Below, piece by piece: positions 29,734-40,285 of a stretch of 64,000 nt of DNA. The stretch's first letter is position 1. Every line of letters starts with the position of its first letter. The position numbers were made by a program, and so were the translations under genes. The notes beneath the pieces are model-generated. The model worked only from the letters and a program-made list of their open reading frames with translations. It searched no databases and was not told where the DNA came from. Source of the DNA: an uncultured Gemmatimonadales bacterium (GTDB lineage: Bacteria; Gemmatimonadota; Gemmatimonadetes; Longimicrobiales; RSA9). Where the stretch lies: positions 1,248,001 through 1,312,000 of the forward strand of contig CAWFKH010000003.1 in the NCBI GenBank assembly GCA_963816355.1, written 5' to 3'.

Positions 29734-31632
29734 TTGTGTGGAATTGCGGGTCTCGTCGGCTTCGACGACGTTGCCGAAGCGCACGATCGCATCGCGTCCA
29801 TGCTCGCCAAGGAGGCTCGCCGCGGTCCGGACGACGAGGGGGTTTGCGAGTGGCGCGGAGTCGTGTTCGGACACCGGCGCCTCGCTATTTTGGACCTGAC
29901 CTCTCGCGGCCATCAGCCGATGCGGAGCGAAGATGGTCGCCTCGGTGTCGTATTCAATGGCGCTATCTACAACTTCATAGAGCTGCGCGAGGATCTGCGA
30001 CGTTCAGGGGCGTCTTTCCGAAGCGGAACCGATACCGAGGTGCTGTTGCACGGTTATCGACGCTGGGGACTCGATGGGCTCGTGCGTCGCCTCAGGGGGA
30101 TGTACGCGTTCGCTTTGTGGGACGACGAGCGACGGCGCCTTTGCCTCGCGAGGGACCCGCTCGGGGTCAAGCCGCTCCTGTTCGCTGAATCCGGACCCCG
30201 TTTCGCATTCGCGTCGACGGCGGATGCGCTCGTGAAGGCCGGGTTCCAAACGGCTCTCGACGAAACCGCCATAACGCAGTTCCTTCAATTCGGCTTCGTC
30301 CCCGAGGGGTGTTCGATCTGGCAGGGCATCAGGAAGCTCCCGCCGGGATCCGTTCTCGAATGGCACGGAGGGAGGTCGTCCGAAAGAAGCTACTGGCAAC
30401 CGCCCGCTGCCGGTTCGAATGCACTCCCTTTCGACCAGGCCGTTGAAGGAGCCCGCGAGTTGTTTCTGCGCGCGACCGAGCGCCGCCTGCGCGCGGATGT
30501 TCCGGTCGGGGCGCTCCTGAGCGGTGGCATTGACTCGGGACTCGTGTGCTGGGCTTTGACCCAGCTGAACGCAGACGTTACCGCATACACGGTCGCTACG
30601 CCGGGAGAGACGTCGGACGAGGCGGCACTGGCGCGAAGGACGGCCCGTTTGCTGGGCTTGACGCATGAGGTGGTCACCGTCCCGGACGCTGGCGAGTCGC
30701 CGCTCGGCGAACTGGCCAACGCGTACGGTGAGCCCTTCGCGTGCGCCTCGGCTCTGGGCATGCTACGCCTGTCCCGGGCGGCCTCGTCGCGCGCGCGAGT
30801 CGTTCTCACCGGCGACGGCGGCGACGACGTATTCCTGGGTTATCCTAGACACCGTTTCCTGCTTGCGGCGCAAACCATAGCGAACCGACTTCCGTCGGGG
30901 GCACGAAGGTGGTGGGCGAGCGTGCGCCGCTTCACTCCCTCGTGGAAGTGGGCACGGCGTGCCGCCCACTTCGCGGATTATGCGACCGGTGGTCTCGGGT
31001 CCTTCGTGAACGCTGGCCCGGGCACGGCGTTCTTCGATTCCCGCGGCGTATGGGGGCCATTCTTTGCATCGGGCGGATCGCGGGCTCTACGCATCGATGC
31101 GTCCATGGAGTCGGCCAGAAGGGTTCTGGACGACTATCTGGAGTTCGACATCCATCATCAGTTCGTTTCCGAGTACTTGACCAAGGTGGACGGCGCGACA
31201 ATGTACTTCGGCGTCGAAGCTCGTTCACCCTTTCTCGATCAGGACCTCTGGGAATTCGCTGCCGGCCTGCCGTATGGTGTTCGTCTGCACCGGGGACGGT
31301 TGAAGGCCGTGCTTCGATCTCTTGCGACCGCGGGCCTGGGCCCTGAAGTCGCGAGAGGAAGGAAGCGGGGGTTCGAAATTCCTGCGCCGCAGTGGCTTCT
31401 CGGACCGTGGCGACAGACCGTCGTCACGGCCTTTCACCAGCCAGCTTCCGAGGAGCTCGGCCTGTTCGCGAAGGGTGCCCTGTCGCGCGTCTGGAACGAG
31501 TGTAGTGAGACCGGGACGGCACCTCTACAGCTGTGGTATATCCTGGTCCTGGAGCTCTGGCTCCGGAACCGGTCGCTCGCGTGGAGCCCGCCCCTTCCGC
31601 CTCTTGCTCCCGCAACCGGAGGCAGTCGCTGA
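29734..31632 (+). CDS. asnB: Asparagine synthase-like glutamine amidotransferase 1
   Basis: MCGIAG, RGPD, GHRRL, FNGAIYN, LLSGGIDS, TGDGGDD, KVD, EARSPFLD. Confidence 0.92.
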   Translation: MCGIAGLVGFDDVAEAHDRIASMLAKEARRGPDDEGVCEWRGVVFGHRRLAILDLTSRGHQPMRSEDGRLGVVFNGAIYNFIELREDLRRSGASFRSGTDTEVLLHGYRRWGLDGLVRRLRGMYAFALWDDERRRLCLARDPLGVKPLLFAESGPRFAFASTADALVKAGFQTALDETAITQFLQFGFVPEGCSIWQGIRKLPPGSVLEWHGGRSSERSYWQPPAAGSNALPFDQAVEGARELFLRATERRLRADVPVGALLSGGIDSGLVCWALTQLNADVTAYTVATPGETSDEAALARRTARLLGLTHEVVTVPDAGESPLGELANAYGEPFACASALGMLRLSRAASSRARVVLTGDGGDDVFLGYPRHRFLLAAQTIANRLPSGARRWWASVRRFTPSWKWARRAAHFADYATGGLGSFVNAGPGTAFFDSRGVWGPFFASGGSRALRIDASMESARRVLDDYLEFDIHHQFVSEYLTKVDGATMYFGVEARSPFLDQDLWEFAAGLPYGVRLHRGRLKAVLRSLATAGLGPEVARGRKRGFEIPAPQWLLGPWRQTVVTAFHQPASEELGLFAKGALSRVWNECSETGTAPLQLWYILVLELWLRNRSLAWSPPLPPLAPATGGSR

Positions 31633-33593
31633 TGTGCGGCATCTGCGGGATCGTCGCGGCGGGCGTGGCCGAGCCCGGGGATCCGGGGGACACCGTGCTC
31701 GCGATGCGGGACGCGATGGTGCATCGGGGGCCGGACGATGCGGGAGTCTGGGTGTCGGAGGACCGTCGCGTCGCGCTCGGGCACCGTCGCCTGAGCATCG
31801 TCGACCTGAGCCCCGCCGGGCGCCAGCCGATGGCGAACGAGGATGGCAGTGTCCACGTCGTCTTCAACGGCGAGATCTACAACCACGTGGAGCTCCGCTC
31901 GGAGCTCGAAGCGCGCGGACACGTCTACCGTTCGCACACCGACACCGAGACCCTGGTCCATCTGTGGGAGGAGCACGGGCCGGACATGCTGCCGCTGTTG
32001 CGCGGCATGTTCGCTTTCGCGCTGTGGGACGAGCGGCGCCGCGAGCTCTTCGCCGCGCGGGATCGCATCGGGATCAAGCCGTTCTACTGGACCGTGGCCG
32101 ACGGCCGCTTCCTCTTCGGCTCCGAGATCAAGGCGCTCCTGGCGCACCCGAGCGTGCGTCCCGACGTGGACGAAGGTGCGCTCTACCACTACCTGACGTA
32201 CATGGCCACGCCGGCGCCGAGCACCATGTTCCGGGACATCCGGAAGCTCCCCGCGGGCTGTTTGCTGCGGCTGCGAGCGGGACGGACGGAGCCGGAGGTC
32301 GAGCGGTGGTGGGACATGGCCGACGCGGAGCGCCCGGCGGCGGAGCTGCTCGCCGACCCCGAGGCGGCCGCGGAGCACGTCGCGACGCTGCTCTCCGACG
32401 CCGTCCGCGAGCGCCTCATGTCCGACGTGCCGTTCGGCGTGATGCTTTCGGGCGGCGTCGATTCGAGCGCCATCACCGCGCTCGTGCGAAAGCACCACGA
32501 CGGCCCGCTGCGCACCTTCTCCGTCGGCTTCGAGAACGAGCCGGCGCACGACGAGTCGGGGCCGGCGCGGTGGGTAGCGGAGCACTTCGGCACGGAGCAC
32601 CACGAGGTCATCGTCGACCCGGCCGACGTCCTGGCCAGCCTTCCGGAGCTGATCCACGCGCAGGACGAGCCGCTGGCCGACTGGGTGTGCGTGCCGCTGC
32701 TGCACGTCGCGCGGCTGGTGCGGGACTCAGCGACGATCGTGGCGCTCGTCGGCGAGGGCAGCGACGAGCAGTTCGCCGGCTACGAGCACTACCACCGCTA
32801 CCTGCGACTCGATCGGGGTGCGTGGCGCGCATACGGACGGTTGCCGCTGTGGCTGAGGCGGGGGCTGCACCGCATCTCGGACGGTACTCTCCGGCGCGGC
32901 CGGTGGCCGCGCGAGATCCGCGAGCTGGTCCGACGCGCGGCGGCGGACGAGCCGCTCTTCCTGAGCGGCGCCGTCGCGGCATGGGAGGCGGACAAGGCGG
33001 ACTTCGTGCGCCGCAACGGCGCCCCGTGGGCCCCCGCGTCCAGCGTTCCGCTCGCGGCGGAGGCGCAGGCGCGGTTCCGGCGTCGCCGTCCGGACGCGGA
33101 CTTCCTCGGCGCGCTGGTGTACCAGGAGTTCCAGCTGCGGCTTCCGGAGCTCCTGCTGATGCGCGTGGACAAGATGACAATGTCGACGTCGGTCGAGGCG
33201 CGCGTGCCGTTCCTCGACCATCGCCTCGTCGAGTTCACCTCCTGGATGCCGCAGTCGATGAGGGCGGGGGGCGGGCGCACCAAGGACATCCTCAAGCGGG
33301 CGGTCCGGGACCTGCTTCCGCGCGACGTGATCGACCGGCGCAAGCGCGGCTTCAGCCTTCCCGTGAAGGAGTGGCTCCGCGGCCCGCTCGCCGCGTACGC
33401 GCGCCGCGCGATCCTCTCATCGCGGCTGCGCGAGCGGGGCCTCTTCGACTACGAGGCGATCGAGGCGATGCTCGAATCGCACCGGAGCGGACGGAAGAAC
33501 TACGACACCGTGCTGTGGAACCTGCTCAACCTGTCTCAGTGGCACGACACGTGGATCGCCGGCGAGCCGCTCCGCGAGGCGGTGACGGCGTGA
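31632..33593 (+). CDS. asnB: Asparagine synthase-like glutamine amidotransferase 2
   Basis: MCGICG, HRGPD, FNGEIYN, LSGGVDSS, GEGSDE, EARVPFLD. TGATG overlap with the previous gene. Confidence 0.94.
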   Translation: MCGICGIVAAGVAEPGDPGDTVLAMRDAMVHRGPDDAGVWVSEDRRVALGHRRLSIVDLSPAGRQPMANEDGSVHVVFNGEIYNHVELRSELEARGHVYRSHTDTETLVHLWEEHGPDMLPLLRGMFAFALWDERRRELFAARDRIGIKPFYWTVADGRFLFGSEIKALLAHPSVRPDVDEGALYHYLTYMATPAPSTMFRDIRKLPAGCLLRLRAGRTEPEVERWWDMADAERPAAELLADPEAAAEHVATLLSDAVRERLMSDVPFGVMLSGGVDSSAITALVRKHHDGPLRTFSVGFENEPAHDESGPARWVAEHFGTEHHEVIVDPADVLASLPELIHAQDEPLADWVCVPLLHVARLVRDSATIVALVGEGSDEQFAGYEHYHRYLRLDRGAWRAYGRLPLWLRRGLHRISDGTLRRGRWPREIRELVRRAAADEPLFLSGAVAAWEADKADFVRRNGAPWAPASSVPLAAEAQARFRRRRPDADFLGALVYQEFQLRLPELLLMRVDKMTMSTSVEARVPFLDHRLVEFTSWMPQSMRAGGGRTKDILKRAVRDLLPRDVIDRRKRGFSLPVKEWLRGPLAAYARRAILSSRLRERGLFDYEAIEAMLESHRSGRKNYDTVLWNLLNLSQWHDTWIAGEPLREAVTA

Positions 33594-34674
33594 TCCGCGT
33601 CTGCGTGGTGGCCCCCGCCTACATGACCGGGGGGCAGGCCATCGAGGCGCGCACCCTCGTCGATGGGTTCGCCCGCGAACCGGATTTCCGCGTCGAGCTG
33701 CAGCCGATCGACCCGCGCATCCCTGGCTGGCTGGCGCGCATCCGGGGCGTGCGCACCCTCGCCCGTCTGCCGCTCTACCTGGGCGGCCTCGTGCGCCGCA
33801 TCCGCAGGGCGGACGTCGTCCACGTCTTCACGGCCGCCTTCTGGCCGTTCCTGCTCACCACGACCCCCGCCGTACTGCTCGCGCGCGCCTTCGGCAAGCC
33901 GGTCGTGCTGAACTACAGGGACGGCCGCGCGGCGGACCACATTGGCGCCGGCTGGGTCCGTTTCGTCCTGCGACGCGCAACGCTGCTCGTCTTTCCTTCC
34001 GGCTTCCTTCGCGACGTCTCCGCCGCTTCGGGTTGGACGGCGAGGTGGTCTCCAACGTGGTCGACACCGAGCGATTCCGTTATCGCGGGGGGGCCCGGTC
34101 CGGCCGGTGCTGATCTCCTCCCGGCTGCTGGAGGAACTCTACGCGGTGGAGAACACGATCCGCGCGTTCGCCCGGGTCCGCGCGAGTACCCGGCCCGGCC
34201 CGGCTGATCGTCATCGGGGATGGCGATCGGGGGGCGTTGCTTAAAGCGCTCGTGCGCGACGAGGGGATCGAGGGGGTCGAGTTCCACGGCGCGGTGCCGC
34301 ACGGAGAGATCCCGGAGTGGTTCGACCGCGCGGACATCCTCGTGAACAGCTCCCGCAAGGACAACATGCCGCATTCGATCATCGAGGCGTTCGCGCCGGG
34401 CTGCCGGTGGTCACCACAGGCGCCGGGGGGATCCCGTACATCGTCGAGGACGGGCGGAACGGGCTGTTCGTGCCGATCGACGATCGGCGGCGATGGCCGC
34501 CGCGGTGCCTCGGTGCTGCGGAGCCTCCGCTCGCGGGGGCCTGGTCCGGGAGGGCCAGGGCGTGCGGGACCGGTACTCCTGGAACGCCGCGCGGAAGAAG
34601 GATCTATACGCACCGGGGCGGGCGGGACGGAGCGGTCCCGGGAGCCCGTGAGGTGCACCGCGACCGCGGGATGA
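33590..34674 (+). CDS. Glycosyltransferase family 4 (multiply frameshifted; end approximate)
   Basis: IRVCVVAP...GGQA, DNMPHSIIEA and GGIPYIVEDGRNG fall in different frames. Confidence 0.65.
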
Positions 34675-35998
34675 GCGGGCGCCCGGACCTCAAGGGACCC
34701 CGGTATCCCCCCGCCGCGGCTCGGGTCCGCCCCCGGCCCCTCGCCTCGCACGCCAGGGTGGCAGACGAGGAGCGGCATCCCGATCGCGGCGTGGGGTGGT
34801 CGCTCGCGTTCGTGGCCTTCCTGGTCTACATGTTCGTCATCACGACGTATCGGGTGCGGGTCGGTGACGTCGCGATGGCGGTGGCACTCTTCGGGCTCGC
34901 GTTCGAGTCCGGCAGCTTTCCCGCTTGCCTGGCCTGGATCACTGGGGCTCCTGGCCTGGTGCGGGCTCGGGATGGACGTCGAGCCGGACCGGGATCGTGT
35001 ACGAGGAGTGCATCGTACTCGGCAAACTCTGGCTGATCGCCCTCGCGCGGTGAACGTGCTGCGGGGCCGAAGCGGCTCGCCTATTCATGCTGCTGTTCGT
35101 CCTCTTCTTCGCGGCGTACCCGCGCGCGGTGCGCTCTTCAACTATTCCTCGCGGGATACGCCGATTTCGGGCGGGTGAAATGGAACTACGTCTACAAGAA
35201 CCGCAACGATCTCGCGGCCCTCACGCTCCTCCAGCTCTCGCTCGCGGCGGGCCTCCTCGTGCGCGAGCGGAAGGGCCGATCTACAAGTGGGGCCCGCGCG
35301 GCCACGTCGTCCTGCCCTTCGTCATGCTGATCACCCAGTCGCGGGGCGTCTTCCTCGGCCTCGCGCCCTTCGGCGGCTCGGGCGTGCGGGTCACCAGAAT
35401 CGGCGAAGGTGACGGTCGTCGCGGTCGGGCTGTCGCCGCGCCGATGATCCTTCCAGCCGGGTGGCAACGATTGAACCGGGTCGGCGGCATCGGCGACACG
35501 GCGGAACTCTCCCAGCTCGACGACCAGGGCTCCGCCGAGCAGCGCTACAAAATCTGGAAGATCGCATGCCCGATCATCGCCGACCACCCGGTGACCGGCG
35601 TCGGCTGGGGCGCGTACCCTTAAGCGAATCGCGGCGTACCCGCCGCTGCTGGTCCTCGCGATACCCACAGTACGTACTTCAACGTCCTCGCGGAAACCGG
35701 CTTCCCGGGCCTGGTCCTCTTCCTCGTGCTGATCGCTGCCTCCGCGCTCCGCGCCGAGAAGGTCAGGCGGCGAATCAAACGCCGGCGGATGCTTGCCGCG
35801 CAGCAGCTCCTGTCCTCGAGCTCGGCCTGATGGGCTACCTGGTCGCGGGCGTCTTCGCCTCGTACTCGCGCATCTGCTTCCTCTATATCCAGCTCGCCCT
35901 GATCTGGGCCGCGGCGACGCGAACGACTGCGTGCCAGCCCAGATATCGGCACTCGCCCGCGTGCGCCGCAGCCCGCCCCTCCGATCGGGAACGGCTGA
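34671..35998 (+). CDS. O-antigen ligase/Wzy-like membrane protein (multiply frameshifted; ends approximate)
   Basis: Fragments NxNDLA, TQSRG, SAEQR..IW, HPVTGVG, HSTYFNVLAETGFPG. Confidence 0.62.
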
Positions 35999-36001
35999 GG
36001 C

Positions 36002-37811
36002 ATGTGCGGAATCGTCGGCTTCGCGGGCTCGATCCGGCGCCGGACGTCCCGAAGAATGGCGACGCGATCGTCACCGGGGACCGGACGACGGGATGCTTCC
36101 GAGCGACGACGTGGCCTCGGGATGCGCCGGCTCAGCATCATCGACCTCGCGGGGGGCCATCAGCCAATGCAGAACGAGGACGGCCGGTCCGATCGTCTTC
36201 AACGGGGAGGTCTACAACTTCCGGGAGTTGCGCGGGTCCCTGGTCCGGGGCGCCACCGGTTCCGACCGCCACGGACACCGAGACGTCGTCCACCTGTACG
36301 AGGAGCGCGGGCCGCGCTGGTCGAGTAGCTGCGCGGGATGTTCGCCTTCGCCCTCTGGGACCACGCCGGGGGCGGCTCCTCCTGGCGCGCGACCGTCTCG
36401 GCAACAAGCCGCTGTACTAGCGGCCGCCGACGGCGGCATCGCCTTCGCCTCCGAGTGAAGTCGCTGCTCGCCCGGACTTCGCGCGGCGAGATCGATCGCG
36501 CGCGATCGCGACGTACCTCGCCCTCGGATACGTGCCGGAGCCGCTCTCCATCTTCGCGGGCGTGCGGAAGCTGCCCCCGGCCACATCGCTACTGGTCGGG
36601 GAGCGCGGCCCGGGTGGAACGCTACTGGTCGCCGCTCGCGGAGGCCGACCCTGCCTCGCCGAAGGGACCGCGGTGGGGAGATCCGCAGGCTCCTGAGGAA
36701 GCCGTCCGCTACCGGCTGATCGCCGACGTGCCGCTCGGCGCCTTCCTCTCCGGCGGCATCGACTCCAGGGCCGTGGTCGCCGAGATGAGGAGCAGTCGAG
36801 CGTCCGGTGCGCACGTTCTCGATCGGGTTCGCGGAACCCGAGTTCAACGAAGCGCCCGCCGCGGCGGCCGTCGCGCACGCGCTGGGGACCGATCACACCG
36901 AGCTGATCGTGCGGCCGGACGTCGAACAGCTGTTCGACGAGGTCGCGCTCGCCTTCGACGAGCCGTTCGCGGACTCCTCGGCGGTCCCGACGCTGCTGGT
37001 CTCGCGGCTCGCCGGCGGCACGTCAAGGTGGCGCTCTCCGGCGACGGCGGCGACGAGCTGTTCGGCGGCTACACGCGCTACCTGGATCTCGCCCGCGGAG
37101 CCGTGCCGATGCCGGCGCCCGCGCGTCACGCCATGGGGGCGTTCGCGCGCCGTCTGCCCCACGGCGCGCGGGCGCAACCGGCTCCTCGAGCTCTCCCGCA
37201 CCCTGTGGGCCGGTACGCGGGGATGGTCGCGTACCCCCTCGACCGACGCGGAGGGCGGCGTCGCACACCCGGCCGTGGTCGGCGCGGCGGACTGTGGAAA
37301 ACCCTGCTCGACGCCCTGGGCGCAGGCCTCCGGTCGCGATCCACTCGGCCGCCTGATGCACGTGGATCTCCTCAGCTATCTTCCGGGGGACACCCTGACG
37401 AAGGTCGACCGGATGAGCATGGCGGCCTCGTCGAGGCCCGCGTGCCACTATTGGACCACGGATCGTCGAATTCGCATCTCGCTTCCGAGCCGGCTGAAGC
37501 TGAAGGAGGCACCGGGAAGTGGATCTTCCGCCGGGCAATCCGGGGTCTCGTCCCGTCTCGTCTTCGAAGCCCGAAGCAGGGCTTCGGCATCCCGCTCCGC
37601 CTATGGCTGCGCAACGAAGTGCGCCACCGGTGGACGCGCTGCGCGCACCGTCACCGCTCGGCGAGTTCGTCATGGCGCCCGCGGTGAACCGCGTCGTCAA
37701 CGAGCACGTCGCGGGACGCCGCGACCACACGCCCCTGCTCTGGAAGCTGATCGTCCTGCAGCGCTGGCTCGAGGCCGCAGGAAAGAGTACGTCACTCCGG
37801 CGCGAGGTTGA
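36002..37811 (+). CDS. asnB: Asparagine synthase-like amidotransferase 3 (heavily frameshifted)
   Basis: [43 protein letters not shown] and KVDRMSM spread over three frames. Confidence 0.75.
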
Positions 37812-39091
37812 CGATCCAGTCGACAAGCTGGTCGAACTGTCGCTCGGTCCACCACTCGTGCAGCACGCTGGCGGAACCTACGAGCCGCCGCGGCTCGGCC
37901 GCGATGCGCAGCGCCTCGCGAGTCGCGGGTGCCAGCGGGCGGCGTTCGCCCACCGCCGCCGTCACGTGGCCGCCGGCGGCTCCCAGCATGGGATTCCGTC
38001 TCGCTCCCGGGCTCGACGAGCGCGAATATCGGAACGCGAGAGCCGAGGTAATCGTAGAGTTTGCCTGGAACCTGGAGCGACCAGGCTTGCGCCGGCAGCA
38101 GGAGCAGGTCGGCGTCCCGGATCAGCTCCGGGGCTTCCGCCCGCGGCAGCCACTCGACGAATCGGAGCCGCACGTCCGAGCCCAGCCACACACCCCTCGA
38201 GCCGTGCGCGCGTCGAGTCGTCGATGTCGCCGACGAAGGTCGCGTCCAACACCCGGCCCTCGGCAAGGACTTCACCGAGGCTCCGGAGCATCGGAGCCGG
38301 GTCACGCGGCGGGTATACGGAGCCCGCGTAAACGACCCGCAGGGGTAGCGTCCCCGGCGCGGCGCTGCGCGTCTGTCCCGGATTTGATCGATGCCGTTGA
38401 GCGCGGTAATGAAGGCTCTGGGGGTGGTTTTGGCCGGATAGCGCTGCTTCAGACGGTTCGACGCCGCGGCCGTGACGGAAACGATGCCGCTTGCCCGCGA
38501 GACGACGCGCGCCTCGAGCCAGCGATCGAGACGCGCGGAGACGCCGCTGTCCGAAGCAGGACGTGGTGAGGCGTTCTCCACCCACGGATCACGGAATTCT
38601 GCGATCCAGGGTACGCGGAAGACGCGCTCCAGGACCAACCCCGCCAGATGGATCGAGAAGGCCGGAGCGGTCGAGTAGATGAGGTCCGGATGGAAGGACC
38701 GGTTCCGGATCGCCGCCGCGATCGCCCCCGGCACATAGCCCTGCAGGTCGTCAGGCGTGGAAAGCAGGCCGACCGCGATGCCGGCGCAGCGGAGACCGCT
38801 TCGCCTCCCGAGGCGCTCCCTCTTCCCCTGAGGCATGAGGTCTCCTCCGGGGCGCTCCGGACACGCCGCCGGACCGCGCCGTACAACGCGCCGAGGCCAC
38901 GATACGGCCTCACCTCCACGATGCGCACGCCTGGCTCCAGCTCGGCGGCTGTGGCGCCGGCGCCGTTCTCGGCGCTGAGCACGAGTACCCGATGGCCTCT
39001 CTCCGCGAGGGCCCTTGGCCAGGAGTTGGGGACGGAACGCCCCCACGACCGGCGCCGGCGGAAAAGCCTGCGTCAGCAGCAGTACATTCAC
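37792..39091 (-). CDS. Glycosyltransferase family 4 (frameshifted)
   Basis: [29 protein letters not shown]. Confidence 0.7.
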
Positions 39092-39237
39092 GCGGCCTCC
39101 GCCGTCTTCCTGGTGCCCGCCCAGGGGTGCCGGACCCAGCCAGCCGCGTGAACTCTAGTCGTCCCCACGGCGGCCACGGCTAAATTCCTGTCGAAATGGG
39201 AACTGGAGGGCCGGGACCCGCGCAAGAACAGGCCTCC

Positions 39238-40254
39238 ATGAGCTACGCGTCCGCACGGCGTACGCTCAAAGTGGGCGCCCTGCGACTTCTCGATCGGTTC
39301 GGCGCTGCGAGCGCCGTCCGGCGCAGTCGGTGGCGAGGTGAGAGCCTCGCGATCCTCTGCTATCACGGCGTCTCGCTGGATGACGAGCATCGGTGGCGTC
39401 CATCCTGTACATGCGGCCGGAGTTGTTCGAGAGCCGTCTCGATCTTCTCGAAGCCAACCATTACAACGTGCTGCCGCTAGGCGAAGGTCTCGTAAGGCTC
39501 CGCGCGGGAACGCTCCCGCCGCGCGCGGTTGCCATCACGTTCGACGATGGAACCGTCGACTTCGCCATGCGGGCGTGGCCGCTCCTCAAAGCCCGCGGAT
39601 ATTCCGCCACCGTGTACTGGACCACGCACTACGCGAAGCGGGAGATGCCGGTGCCCACGGTTTTTCCTCGTACGTGCAGTACCGGGCCGGCATCCCGTTC
39701 GCGGCCGAGGCCCGGATGCTCGACCACCGCGTCTCCTCTCGTCAGAAGAACGAAGCGATTCAGCAGTATTGCCGCGAACACGGCGTCAATTACGGTGCGC
39801 TTTGCGCCAGACGGATCCTGCAGGTGCTCCGACCGGACGAGATCCATGCCCTCTCGGCCGAGGGCGCCGACATCCAGCTCCACACGCACGCCCACCGTGT
39901 CGCGCTGAAGCATGAGGATTTCGTGGCAGACCTCGAGACGAACCGCAGCTTGATACGTCACGCGACGGGGAAGGAGCCGGTCCACTTCTGCTACCCGAGC
40001 GGGCGCTTCAGGCGGCGTCTCTTTCCATGGCTCGCAGGTATGGGCATCCGGTCCGCCACGACGACGGAGCCAGGCCTCGCGCGACCCGCCACCCACCCTT
40101 ATCTGCTACCGAGGCTCGTCGACCACGAGGGGCTCTCGGCCGTGGAGGTCGACGCGTGGCTCTCCGGCGTCGCTGCCCTGCTTCCCCACCGAACGTACTG
40201 GCGCGACCCCGACGAGAGGTGTCCACCCCCGGCCGCCCCCGGGAGCGGGCCTGA
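39238..40254 (+). CDS. Polysaccharide deacetylase (CE4; frameshifted, end approximate)
   Basis: ILCYHG, AITFDDG, QLHTHAH, FCYPSG, LPR. Confidence 0.75.
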
Positions 40255-40285
40255 TCCAGGCCGTCCTTCCGCCCCCTCCCCCCCC

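Noticed and set aside
29734..37811. AsnB-like genes as lasso-peptide cyclases
   Set aside because: All have intact N-terminal Cys glutaminase domains. No B1/B2 proteins or precursor peptide were seen, and the context is glycosyltransferases.
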